Below, piece after piece: positions 12,662-25,089 of a stretch of 64,000 nucleotides of DNA (its first letter is position 1; every line of letters starts with the position of its first letter). Source of the DNA: Camelus ferus (taxonomy: Eukaryota); contig NC_045698.1 of the NCBI RefSeq assembly GCF_009834535.1, forward strand, positions 10,542,001 through 10,606,000. The letters are read 5' to 3'. Under the pieces are notes generated by a model. It had not been told where the DNA came from, ran no database searches, and saw only the letters and a list, made by a program, of their open reading frames with translations. Made by a program: the position numbers and the translations under genes.

Positions 12662-12785
12662 CTGTTAGAACTAAGAATTGGAAGAGGAACCTTGCAGGTT
12701 ATTTAGATCTCATCTGGTCTTCTCATTTTGAAGATGAGAAAACTGAGGCCAAGATTAGGGAAGTGGCTTCCACAAAGACATGCTT
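12662..12785. mobile_element. MIR SINE fragment
   Basis: MIR core 'ctcattttgaagatgagaaaactgaggccaaga...gaagtggcttccacaaagaca'. Confidence 0.75.
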
Positions 12786-13224
12786 CTGATAATGATATGA
12801 AAATAATTCACTTAAATGCCTGTTTTACAGGATCAGAATTTCTCTCCTACTTGATAAAGCTAGGAAGGAGGTCAAAAGATATCATTAAACTATTAAAAGA
12901 AGAACTAACACATTTAGTCACTTTTTATTTTAGGCGTTTGATGTATAGTTCCTGTGAATCTGGTTTCTGTTTGCTTTTAACCCTGGCACAGGCTCCATGG
13001 TTGACATCACACCTTTTACTTGAAATCTCACTGGGGTTAGAGCACATGGAAAGTACCTTTTCCCTAATACGGCTCCTTAACCCCACAACTTAAAAAAAAA
13101 TACATACACACCATCACCTTTATTTAGAGAGAAAAAAGGGAGTAAGAAATGATCATTGGGCGAATCTTGCATCACTACTCTGCACGAATGGATATAGGAT
13201 GAGCGTTATTAAGACTAGCTGACT

Positions 13225-13420
13225 TTTTTGAGTGCTAAGTAATTTGTGTGTCTATTTTCACAGGAGTCTCTTGAGGTGAGTACTGTCCTTTTCACAGGTG
13301 ATTAAATTTAGGCACTGAGAAGTATAGTCACTTTAGTTCCATGGTCATACATATGGGCGGTGAGGGCTGGAGTGAGGAGTGGTTGAGCCTTGACACTCCG
13401 ACTCCAGCCTTGGCACTCGA
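13225..13420. mobile_element. MIR SINE fragment
   Basis: Degenerate MIR core 'ttgaggtgagtactgtccttttcacaggtga...ggcactgagaagtatagtcac...ggtcatac'. Confidence 0.55.
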
Positions 13421-14942
13421 CAGTGAGCTCACCTGGCGCAGTGGGCAGTGAGCCACCCGTGCAGAGGGCATAGATGGAGCCAGTCACAGGTGTAAAAGCA
13501 CAGGTTAGTGTTGGCCAGGTGTTTGGACTGAAGTGTGGCTGTGTATATCTGAATCACAGAATACAGGCTAGCGTGGCGGGTTGGGTCCAGATTTAGACGT
13601 CCCTGCTTATTTGGGAGCCTTTGAAGGGTTTCAGAGGGTGGAGGGCCTGGGATACGTTAGACTCCACACCTCGGCCCGCCTCTCTCGGCGCCCCTTCTTC
13701 GTCTGTCTCTTGCTCCCCCTCACCCCTTCCTCTCCCCAGCTGTGCGAAGCTGTGCACTAGGCGCTGGGGTGCTAAGGGAATTGAGGACAGGAGTATCTTG
13801 AGTCATTCACTTAATTTCTTATTTTGTATTAACCTTATTAACTCATCCTTTCAGGTTCCGTTGTGCCTGGAGCCTTCCATCCTGGGTGAGGTTTGGGGGT
13901 GTGCTGGCATGGGGAGGGAGTATAGGGAATTGGGGGTCGGATCTCTCCTTACGTGTGCATCAGCCAGTTTCCTTGTTTTCAGCTCTGGGTGTCCCCTGCA
14001 CCCTCTGAAGTTCTTGGCATCCCCAGCTCCTGAGGCTTTCTGGGACCCTGCAGGGTCCACCGGTCTTCCCTTCCAGCAGGTGCCCCTCCATCACTCACGG
14101 CCCCTCCTTCCGCTTCTGGACTGTTTGGGCTTTCACATATCTTGTGGTCTCAGCAAAGATAGAGTTGGCATTTCTGTTTCTCATCATTTTCATGTTGTGG
14201 TGTATTCTTGAAAAGGAAGCATCTTAAAACTCAGGAGTCCTGCTTTTCATCCTTGTCCAGCGCCCAGTGGGGTTTTCTCCCTTTCTAGTACTCTGTAGGT
14301 CCTTGTCAGGTCACGAAATGAGCCTGGAAGCTCTTTAGGGAGCCGTCGTGTAAGGCCCCGTGGAGGTGTGTGGGGCAGCGGGAATGTGCTCACGGAAGGC
14401 GGGTGGCTGCTTGCTTGTAGGGGTCCCCGGGGAGGAGGCGGAGCCGTGGGGAGGTTTGTAGGTTTGGGGACTTGTAATAATTGATGTTCCCCTGTGCTAT
14501 TTTTGAAGTAGCTATTGTAAAATTTACCTGTGACACACTAAAGTTGGTCATTGGCCTGCACGCCTATATAAATACTTTTATTAGCACTATCTCCATTCTT
14601 GGAGCTTGAAGAATCATGGCACAGCTTCACTGATAAGACATGTGCTTAGGTGCTTACCAATGTGGTTGAGACATTAATAGATGTTAAATTAAAATGGTTT
14701 CAGAGCCTTGTAGCCAGTTAAGTGGCATAAAATGTCTCATTAAAGTAAAAAACCTCTGAATTAGAATGCTAGAAACATGAATCTAAGATAAAAGACCCAT
14801 ATTTTATCAGATTGTCATCATGTAATGTGAAAAAGTTAAACTTTACGTGTCTTATACATTTTTTAGGCAGCTGCATATTGTGATAAGAGGGAAAATGTCA
14901 GTGCAACAAATTTTTGAAATGTCTAATTTGGTGTGATTTCAG

Positions 14943-15019
14943 CGAAGAGGACATGTATCGTGACGCGGATGAAATAGAAAAGGAGAAAGAATTACTTATA
15001 CATGAAAGAGGGTCATCAG
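14943..15019 (+). CDS. OTULIN: OTULIN exon 2 (77 nt; PUB-interacting motif with Tyr56)
   Basis: Acceptor tttcag|, (H)EEDMYRDADEIEKEKELLIHERGSS, donor G|gtatgt. Phases join exons 1 and 3. Confidence 0.96.
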
Positions 15020-16309
15020 GTATGTTTGGAATTGTTTTATGTATAGAGTTCTTACCGTTTATAGTAGAAAATGCAGTTAAATCAATATATCCATTTTCAT
15101 AAAATATTGAGATGTACTTCCTCGGAAGTGGTCTTATGCGTGTGGTCTTACTTGCATCAGATTATTCGCTTACTGACATATGTTTGGGAAATACTGTTTC
15201 CTAAGGTTTTCAGGTTTTAATACAAGTATGTTCCCTGTGTGTTCTTGACGTTCAAGTCATTTTTGCACGTGTAAGGATTTGGTTAATCTCTTGACACCAC
15301 TCTCTCACAGTTCTTGATTTCCTTATATTCTTGGACAGTTTGGATCTGAAGTGCATTTTTCATTTCAAGCGGAAGGCCTTATTGAGAAGCTGGCTCTCTG
15401 GGTCTTCGCGTGCAGATGGCCATGTGAATTTGATTAACTTACAGAAAGAACAGTCATGGGATTGATCGCACTAATTCTCTTATCATTTCATGATTCTGTG
15501 CCCATGTTTCTGTTCAGTCATGCCTGCTCTGCTCACCCCTACCGGGACCCATTGACCCATTGCAGCTCCAGTGAGCCACCCCTCCTGACCGCCCCTGCTG
15601 TGGGCACGGCTGGCAGCAGGACTGTGTGTGGAGGGCCTCCTCACTTCCCTGCCAGCCTCGTGCGGGAGCCGAGGGAGGATGCTCCAACATGGGACACGCC
15701 ATAGACGATCCACAGGTGGCGTTTTCTTGCACATCACCTGTGTAACGTGTGTGTTCGACTGGTTTGTTTTAAGGACCAGCTCCTGTTTATTTTATGGTTA
15801 ACAAAATATTTTATGTATAATTAGGAACGCAAGATACAGAGTGGGGTTTTTGATAGTAATTTTCGAGTCTTGCTCACAAGGAGCTGGGGGAGCTCTTCAC
15901 CACGGCAGCCCCGGGAGATGTCCTTTGTGGTGGTCCAGCTGAGTGTGTCCGGGCCACGCTGCCGCGGTCCTCCGTGGCCTTCAGAGGAGGCTCGCTTCCC
16001 CTGCTGCAACTGCACACACTTCCCCGCGGACTCGGTCCTGAGTCTTGTTCCTGAGGAGAAATTGCTTCCTCAGCCATCGCTTCTTCCTGCCACCTTTGCG
16101 GGGCCTCCCGCTCTCTGTCGCACGCCTCAGGCTCCCGGCAGAGTCCTCTCCTGTCCACAGGGAGGCCCGAGGCAGGGCTCCGGCCTTTCAGCGGCCGGCT
16201 CACGCCCAGCCTTGGTCCGAGGCTCCAGTGTGTCCCTTTATACTGCGCCTTGGTCCTTCTGGGCTCCCCGCCCTTCCTGAGACAACATCCTGTGGACTGG
16301 CCTCGGGGG

Positions 16310-17000
16310 GGAAGCTCTGTCTGTTAGAAAACGTCTTTATTTCACTTTCTTTCTGGAATAACCCCAGAAGAGTAGTTGTTTTCTCTAATTTGTTTGAAGA
16401 TTGTATTCCATTGTCTTCTGGTTTCCTTGTAGTTGAAAATGCTGCAGTCAGTCTGATTCTTAATCTGTAAGTAAGGTCATCTGTCTTTCCTCCTTCTCGT
16501 TGTCTGGTGTCCTGCAGTTTCTCCTTGATGTCTCTAAGTATGGCTTTTAAAAAATTTTTATTTTAACATTTTACTTGGGATTTTTTTTACTTTTTGAATC
16601 TGAGAATGCCTATTTTCATCAGTTCAGGACAAGTCTCAGCCATTATTTTTCTGAATGTTGCCTTTTTCCTATTCTATTTACTCCTTGTAGAGCTCTAATT
16701 AGGTGTTTGCTAGCGCTCATTCAGTCATCCAGGGCCCTCAGTTACACACCCTTTCATATGTATTTTCTGATTTTTAGTCTCTGTTGCATTTTGGACAGTT
16801 CCTTCAGAAATTTTTCCTTTGTTTTTTTGAAAAGTTATTTTCCCTCCATATTTGCCTAGTCTTTTTTTTTTTTTTTGGATAATGTATTGCTCTTTGCTTA
16901 GGTTTTTATTCCTTTTATTTCTTAAGGCTTTCTAAACATATTCTTTGGGCCTGATAATTCCACTGTCTGAAAATCCTGGCGGGTCTAATTATGCCAATTG
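16310..17000 (-). mobile_element. Ancient L1 (L1M-type ORF1 region) fragment
   Basis: T-rich antisense L1-like text ('ttccattgtcttctggtttcc...gctgcagtcagtctgattc', 'tctcagccattattttttctgaat'). Boundaries approximate. Confidence 0.6.
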
Positions 17001-17334
17001 CTATTTTTGCTTATTTCTTGTTTCTTCAAAGTTTGGATTGTAACCCCAGCTTTTGTGTATCCATGCAGTTTGTGCAACCTGGCTTGAGTGTGAGAGAATT
17101 TGGCCTTGTTTCTGCCAGGAACCCAGGGCCACTTTCTATTCATTTCTAAGCTTGAGTTTCCAGGGCCTTGCAGCTGTTGTGAATTCACACCCTGTTCCTT
17201 CATGAAAGCCGGCCTATGGGTATGAATTCTTAGGGGAGACTTCCTCTCTCCCCAGGTCAGAGCCCAGGTCAAGGCATAAAGTTTTCTTATGCTCCCTCTT
17301 TGTTAGTGAAGAGGGTTTTTTTTCACCTCGTTGA

Positions 17335-17540
17335 GAAGTCAGTGGACTATGGCTCTCCGGCAGAATTTGACATGCCACCTGTTTCTGTAAATAAAATGTT
17401 GTTGGAACTTTTTAGTTTGCATATTGCCCACGGTGATATTCACACATGGTAAAGTTGAGTAGCTGTGACCAACCTTACAGTCCTCGAAGCCAACATTATT
17501 TACTCTCTGGCCCGTTACGGGAAGAGCCTGCTATTCTTTC
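17335..17540. mobile_element. hAT-Charlie MITE (MER58-like)
   Basis: 'ccacctgtttctgtaaataaaatgttgttggaac...gttgagtagctgtgac...atttactctctggcccgttacgggaagag' resembles MER58A. Confidence 0.7.
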
Positions 17541-18704
17541 CCAAGCCTCTTGATGGAGAGTCTGTGTGTTCTGCAGAGGTTCAGTTTTAACTCCCCACCC
17601 TCCAAGAGTCTGAATCCTTGTCTTTGTCACCACGTGGTGGTTAAGGCACAGACCTCTTGGTTATTTCAGCTTCTAGTTACCACAGTGATTTTCAGCTTCC
17701 CCCCCTTTTGTTTGTTTGTTTGTTTTTAAGGTTTTGGGGCCATTAGAAGTGTTAGTAATCAGAGCCTGTGTTGTATGCAGTTAAACAAAGAAGGGAACTG
17801 TGGTATACTTTAAGCCACTTGAGGTCAAGCACTGCCTGTCCCGCGTCTCCAGCTGCTGGCCTGGAGGCCGGCACATAGTGGCTGCTGGAGGCGTCCTCCT
17901 GAAGAACCACAGGGGGATGGGAATAAAAGTATACTTTTGATGGTGGCAGCTGTGCAAGTACCCATTTCCCCACCCTGACTGCCTCACACAGGCGTCTGAG
18001 TCAGCATAGGATTGCGGCCTGTTGCATGGCCTCTTCGCCTGGTGGGGCCCCCTGCCTCCTCAGTCCTGAGCTGGTGGGGCCTGCTTTGCCCTGCCCAGAG
18101 GCCAGGTCTTGTCTTGGTGTGCACAGGAGAGAGGACTGCAGGTGAGGGGAGCGGGAAGGCTGGGCTTGCTTCCCAGGAGGTTCTCCCTGAGCCAGCGATG
18201 TGCTCTGCCTGATGGGAGAGCCTGGCCCAGTACATGTCCTTGACTCGGGCGTTGTGGGGAGGTAAGTGGAAAGGCAGATAAAAGGGAACTCTTCCCTCCA
18301 CCAAGAAGACACTCAGAAAGTGCTTCCTGACTTTCAACAATGGCTGGTCTTTATTTGAGGGTTGGCTGTGCAGTGTTGGTATTTGTGGTTTCCATGTATT
18401 TTGCTTCAGGGGTCTGTTTCACCTTTAAGCCAATCCTGACTTAAACCACAGATAAATGTATTTATGGTATCTGTATATGTTATTTTCCCTTTTGTATAAA
18501 AGATTTATTTTCCTTATGAAAGCATTTACTATGAGAGTTTTAAAGATAGGCAGTTCTTACATTTTGTGTTTAAAAAATGATCGATTAACCTGAAGTGCAG
18601 GAAGGTCTCAGGGCTCCTCATGGGCCCCTCAGTCAGCCGTCCCTGCGTCCATCACCCTCGGTGGTGATGCCTGGAGTCCCTTTTTCTTCAGTAGTCCATA
18701 CCCA

Positions 18705-18805
18705 TTCAGGGCAGAATCTGGGGCTTTATCGTCTTTGCAGCCCCTGGTCCTAGCTCAATGCTTGGCCCACGTTAGACCATACAGTAAGTATTTGTTGAGT
18801 TGAGC
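18705..18805 (+). mobile_element. L2 3' end fragment
   Basis: 'cctagctcaatgcttggcccacgttag...cagtaagtatttgttgagttga' is typical of the L2 3' terminus. Confidence 0.6.
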
Positions 18806-19369
18806 CGAATATAACATTTTAATTTTAGGTACAACTTCCTGCTAAGTAAATATGTTGTAAGGAACTTGTGTGTTTATATCCTAATTTCTTTGCTAACATT
18901 TACTTCTTCAATATTTTAAAAAGGAAGTCAAGACATGCCTGAGAATTTACATCTCTTTCTTCCTAAAACACACACACAGTTGTATGCATGTGCGTGCATA
19001 TGCGTATACCACAAAGTCAAAACCCAACTTCGTGTTAAACAAGGAAAACCTAAAGGCCAGTTTTTTTTTTACCATATCATTTGTTTGATCATAAGTTGTA
19101 TTTTTAATTTTGGAGGATGTGTTGTTAGAGTCAAAGTCTGTGGTCCAACTCACGTTGAGTGCTGCATTAATTTCTGGCTGATTATCAACAACTTACAGCC
19201 TTTTGGGATCAGGGCAGGATATAACTGGATATAAGTAAATAAAGATAATTAAATACACCTTTTAAATAGAGGTGTTATCTCTTTGTATAATGGATGCAAA
19301 GAACTAATGACAGATCATTAGATGTGTCTTCTCACAGCTCAGACTGCTGCTTGTCTAATTGGAACAGTA

Positions 19370-19985
19370 TTCATGGATACCTGGGTCAGTGTGATTGCAG
19401 GTGTTGAGGGCACAGCCAAGAAACAAAACAAGCCCCTGCCCTCAAGGAGCTCATGTTTTGCTGTGTGTGTGTGTGTGTGTGTAAGGGTGTCGGGGGAGGC
19501 GGGGTACAGAATAAGAAATATGACAGGCGTCGATCAGTGCCAAGAAGAAAAACAAAACCGTGTGAGGGGAATAGAATGAAGGTGTGTGTGTGATGTTTTG
19601 ATACTGGGTGTTAGTGTCAGAGGTGAGCAGAGACCTGCAGGGAGTGAGGGGCAAGTACCTTGCAGGTAGGCCCAAAGCCATCAGCATGAGGAGTGGTGGG
19701 AGCTGAGGCTTGAGAGGCAGTGGGGCGCCGGGGCAGGGGGCCCTTGCAGGTAGTGAGGGAGAGGAATCCGAGTGTGGTGGGAGGCCCTAGAGCCCAACAC
19801 TGACGGGTAGCGCCTGAATTATGTTTTAAGTGCATCGCTCTGGCTGCTGTGTGGAGAATGGTTGGTAGGATGTGGTGATGGGGAGCCCCATTGGGCGACC
19901 TCTGTGGCTATCCAGGAGGTGATGGAGGTCTGGACAAGAGGGTAGGCAGTGGTGGGATCCTGGCTTTTTTTGGGAATGAAGTGAG
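19370..19985 (-). mobile_element. L2 fragment containing a (TG)n microsatellite at ~19462-19482
   Basis: 'cccctgccctcaaggagctcatgtttt', 'gcatcgctctggctgctgtgtggagaatgg', 'atccaggaggtgatggaggtctggac'. Confidence 0.7.
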
Positions 19986-20085
19986 AGAGGAAGTAACCTT
20001 CAAGTAAAGCAGTGCCGTTATTCTGCTTATGCTTTGGTTTCATTATTTCCCCCTCCCCCATCCACTTTTTTTGATTCTTTACCAG

Positions 20086-20180
20086 AACCCAGATTAAGTG
20101 TCGCTCCTGAAATGGACATCATGGACTACTGCAAAAAAGAGTGGAGGGGAAATACGCAAAAAGCAACATGTATGAAAAAG
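20086..20180 (+). CDS. OTULIN: OTULIN exon 3 (95 nt)
   Basis: Polypyrimidine tract then accag|, (E)[31 protein letters not shown], donor AAG|gtatga. Confidence 0.96.
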
Positions 20181-20860
20181 GTATGATGCGTGGGTGCCTG
20201 TATTTCGAGTCTTTCCAGTAGTCTATCGTAAATATTTAATACGTCTTTTTTTATTTTTAGACATTGGTGATGACAGCTGCTATTAGACTGTGTAAATATT
20301 GGTGTTCTAATATTAGAGATGAGGAAACAGGCTCCAAAGATAAGGGATTTATTTGAAGTCACAGTATTAATACAGAATCATCATCAGTAACTTGATTTCT
20401 TTGAAAGACTAATAAATGACTCTGTCCTGTTCAGAATTGGGTGAGCCATTGGTGGTCCTCCAGGGGTCATTTGGGAATGCCTTTCTGACCTGGTAAGGTA
20501 AAAGCCTCAGATGTCATACGTCTGCTGTCCTCAGCTGGGTTTGTATTCATGTCCTTCAGTCCTCCACAGCCTAAGCAGAGGGATCTGGAACTGCTTCCTT
20601 TATTTAGGGCATCCCAGGGTCTGCCCTCTTTCAGTCCCATTGCATAGATTGGTGACCCTAAAGTTGTCCCTCCAAGGCTGTGGGACATCAGGGATTCCCA
20701 TGACATGGTTCTCTTGTTCCTGTGACCGGGCTGGGTCATTGCTCAAGTCAGACCCCTTGACCCACTTGTACTGCACGGCCATCTGAGCAGCACACCCTGT
20801 TGGTTTCCTGTCAGACGTATCCTGAATCCAGCGTTCCTTTGTAGGGTGAAACTGCTGCTG

Positions 20861-21061
20861 CAGCTGACCCTTGAACAACATGGGTCTGAACCGCTCAGGC
20901 CCATGTGAACATGGGTTTTTTTCACTAAATATGTAGCAGTACTCCACTGTATGCAGATGCGGAACCATGGACTTGGAGGGCCTGCTGTCAAGTTATACGT
21001 AGATTTTTGGTGGAGTTGGGGGTCAGCACCCCTAACCCCTGAGTTGTTCGAGGATTGACTG
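20861..21061. mobile_element. Tigger-family (Tc1/mariner) MITE, MER8/Tigger2-like
   Basis: Terminal inverted repeats cagctgacccttgaacaac ... gttgttcgaggattgactg, followed by TA and preceded by TG (decayed TA TSD). Confidence 0.85.
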
Positions 21062-23215
21062 TATTTGACTTTTCCTGAGCTACAGAAATGGCAGTTTCAA
21101 CCTAACACTTCTGTCACCTCTTGTAACTTCTAGGTTATAGTCTTTACTCATTTTTCTCTTGGGATTATTTACAGCGTGAGTTTGAATACACTTCTGGCAT
21201 ATTAGAGATATTGACCTGTCATATTTGATAGAAATATCTTTTTAATTTTTTTTGTTTGTTTAAAACTGTACTGTTTAGGATTTAAAATTTTTAGCTGTTT
21301 GAAAACATTTGTTCTGGTCCTTGGAACTTCATTTTGTAGAAAACGTTGTACACCTTTTAGCAGGCACCTCAGCTGCCCATGCCTGCCCTGAGATGGGCTG
21401 ACTTTACTCAGGACGTAGCTGCCACTTTGGAAGCTCTGAGAGCAAGTGTCATCCCTGCTACCTGCATGTCTGGACTGTAGACTCTTCATGTCTCAGGCAT
21501 TTGTTAGAGAACTCAGTCAAGAAATACCTGGGACTCTCCGTTCCTGCCAGAGGTTGAGGACATTTACATTTCTGAGGCCATCTGCTGAATATGCATATCA
21601 ACCACTGACAGATTTTCTAAAAACCTCCAGCTTTGTATCAAAGTGGATAACCAGAGGCCAGGTATCTAAACTGTATTTTCTCATCTTCCCCAGAAATGCT
21701 GTCACTGGCCTGCAATTTTATTTTATGATCTCAGTCTCTTTAAAGGATCTATTCTAACAGTTGGCACCTTAAGGTCTACAATTGAAGATGTCTGCTAAGT
21801 TTTCCAAATATTCCATATTTTGGAATTCATGCTGAGATGATTCTTCTGTGATTTTAGTTGGACTCTTCAGTGACCAAATAAAAAGGCACATCAGTTAGAA
21901 AAGCATCCTGTCAGGACCCCCGGCAGGAATTAAGAGCATTTCTGGCCCCAAGAACAGCTTGGATCTCAGTTATTTTTTGTTTTGGATATTCTTTTGGAAG
22001 TAAGTGGTATAAACCCAAATTTAATTTTAGAAGTTTGAGTCACCTCTGAAATAGCATGAGTAGTTTATGCATTTTGAAAGGTGCAGTTCTTTTGAATTAG
22101 CCTTTGTGCGTATTTAGGGTAACTAGGGGTTTTGCCATAGGGAAGAGGCGCATATTAGAATGCACGAGTCTGCTTGACGGGCCATTATATTGCAGTGGTT
22201 GGACCACTAAATAAAAATGCGGCTCTCCAAATTTTATTGTTGAAAAGAAGTACTTTTATATCAACTTTTAGCATCATCCTGTGACTTAAACCTTGAAAGC
22301 AACTGATAATGAGGGTCCAGTAGTTGGACGCAGGGTGACTGTTGCATGGTGCCCACCCATGATGAGGGTGACACTCTTTTTGTGAAAGTGTCAGTGGGGC
22401 GCAGGGTTTCCAGTGACCATGGAGGAAAAGCAGGACAAGCGAAAGGACTGCCAGGCTGGGGGTGAGTGAGGTGGGGAAGCTGCGAGGCTGCTGCCTGTGT
22501 CTGAGCAGTGTCCAGCGGAAAACTCCGATCATCTCGGCTGCCTGTGGACCAGGTCACTGGGATTGGGATGTGCTTCAAAATGGTCCATTTGGGTGGCTGT
22601 ATTTGAGTGACTGAGCATGCCACTGAGCATTTTCAGTTCCTCGTTTCACTTACAGGCTGAACAAGAATGACACTTGTCTACTTTTTAAAAAAGTCTAGCA
22701 GGTTTTTCCAGGCTATACCTCCTAGCATGTAGGTTTTCTTACATATACCATGGAGATTTAGAATTTAGGGGCATTATTTTTAATATGGAGAAATAAGCTG
22801 GGTACATCTCTCTTGTCTTTCCTATCTCTTCATTAAAGAGTTGAGGGTCAATTTAAACACAGATTAAAGCCTTCAGAATGTTGGTTGTTAATAAATAAAT
22901 GTTAACAACAGTTGCTTAGAAAGGGACATATAACTCCAACTTTGGGGGTGACTAGCATTTTTCTAATACTTGATATGTTATTTATATGTTCTAGTGTGTT
23001 GCATATGCTACATATGTCGGTATTTTGACAGTATTAACATTTGTTAATTTTGTGTGATTAATTTAAAAAAAGGAATTAGAAAATGTGAAAGACTCAGCCA
23101 GTCTTGTTTCCATTCTTCCAGGGATCGGGGGCACATTGTTTCTACAGGAATAAAACTCTCCACACTGTCTGAAGTCAGTAACGACCATTTTGAATTCTTT
23201 GATGCTTTCGCCCAG

Positions 23216-23359
23216 GGCTACGAGGAGGTGTCTCAGAAATTCACCTCCATAAGGCGAGTCCGTGGAGATAATTACTGTGCGCTGAGGGCCACGCTGTTCC
23301 AGGCCATGAGCCAGCCGGCGGAGCTGCCCTCCTGGCTGCAGGACCCGGAGCTCACGCTG
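23216..23359 (+). CDS. OTULIN: OTULIN exon 4 (144 nt; catalytic Cys129 at 23276-23278)
   Basis: cccag|[48 protein letters not shown]|gtacgc. Contains the OTU Cys-box GDNYC. Confidence 0.97.
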
Positions 23360-24213
23360 GTACGCTGCCGCTGCAGGTTTGAGTCTGCAATGCTTCCAGT
23401 AGTTTTTGTGAGAAAGACTTCTCTGCCCCATGTGCCGTGTGCTAGCACTGCCTGCAGGGTGATCAACATGAGGGTTTATTCAGTTTTGTGGGGCAGGGAT
23501 AATTTGCATAGTAAAGCGACCAAAAATGATTGCTATTTCCCAGAAGAGGAAGATGATAAAGTGTATATAACACTTCAGCGGAATTGGAGAGCCGGTGTTT
23601 AGGGTCTGTACAAAGCACTTAGGGGCAGTATGACTTCAGTGTTGGAGTCTGTGCCATGTGGGCTGGATATTGTGCTATCTGAGAACTTGCTGGGGTTTTT
23701 GAAGGCACATTTCTGTAGTCCTGGCTCCAGTTCAAGGACCCAGCACCCTCTGCATACTGGCTTGGTAGGTGACAGGGAGCAATACCAGAGAGGAGAGATG
23801 TTAATGTCAGCCTGAGGAAGGCTTCCTGGGAGGTGAGGGTCAGGAGCTGTGTCTCACACTGACCCTCTGTAGTGTTTTAAATTTAAATCTGCAGTGTGGT
23901 AGTGGCAGCCCAGGAACTCATGTATCAGTGACACATATCAGCTGAGGTCATGTAATAGGTTAGGTGTAGAATAACCTCAAGGAGTTTGGTGGGCAGGCGT
24001 GATTGGGCAGAACTCACAATATGACATTAATTGGAAGAAAATTTAGAAGTTTTGTGCATATATTAAAAAAGAAAACCCAAAAAGCTAGCTCTGGGAGGTC
24101 TGCTGTACTGGCAGCTTAAAAGGGAAAAATAATGTCAGGGTTTTAATTGATTGCAAGCTCAACATGAGCCCACGTGGTGTGTGATGGCCGCAGGGATAAC
24201 GGAGCCCTGTTTT

Positions 24214-25089
24214 TTTCCGTTTTGTTTTTCAGTTGACGTGTAGTTGATACACAATGTTATATAAGTTACAGGTCTATAATAGAGTGATTCACAATTGTTA
24301 AAGGTTGTACTCCATTTACAGTTATTATAAAATATTGGCTCTACTCCTTGAGATGTGCAGTGTGTCCCTGTAGCTTATTTTACTGCCCTATATTGCCCTT
24401 CTCCTTCCCTCTCCCCACTGGTCACCACTGGTTTGTTCTCTGTAGCTGTGAGTCTGCTTCCTTTGTGTTCTATTCACTAGCTTGTACTTTTTAGATTCCA
24501 CATGTAAGTGATATACAGTATTTGTCTTTCTCTTCTGACTTATTTCACTTAATGTAATGCTTTCCAAGTCCATCCATGTTGCTGCAAGTGGCAAAATTTT
24601 GTTCTTTTTTAAATGACTGAGTAATATTCCATTGCGTGTATATGTATGTGTGTGTGTGTGTGTGTGTGTGTACATACACCACATCTTCTTTATCCAGTCA
24701 TCTGTTGATGGACACTTAGGTTGCTTCCATATCTTGGCTATTGTGAATAACACTGCTGTGAACATTGGGGAGCATGTATCTTTTTGAATTAGTGTTTTTA
24801 TTTTTTTCTTAAATATATACCCAGAATTGGAATTTCTGGGTTACATATGGTAGTTCTGTTTTTAGTTTTTTGAGAAACCTCCATACTGTTTTCTACAGTG
24901 GCTGCACCAATGTACATTCCCACCAACAGTGTACGAGGGTTCACTTTTCTCTGCATCCTCGCCAACATTTGTTACTTTTGTTCTTTTTGATGATAGCCAT
25001 TCTGACGTATGAGGTGATACCTCACTTGTGGTTTTGATGTGCATTTCCCTGATGATTAGTGATGTTGAGTATCGTTTCCTGTGCTTATT
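24214..25089 (-). mobile_element. 5'-truncated L1 (ORF2 C-terminus plus 3' UTR)
   Basis: - strand peptide MFTAVLFTIAKIWKQPKCPSTDDWIKKMW is the L1 ORF2p C-terminus. TSD acg[g/a]a[g/a]ccctgtttt at 24199-24213 and 25090-25104, followed by an endonuclease-type TTTT/AA site. Internal (TG)n at ~24648-24670. Confidence 0.92.

Noticed and set aside
23054..23602. 182-aa ORF, and the similar extended ORFs at 33976-34323, 52519-52911 and 53536-53886
   Set aside because: These are real exons read through into flanking intron. Only the segments bounded by splice sites match the known proteins.
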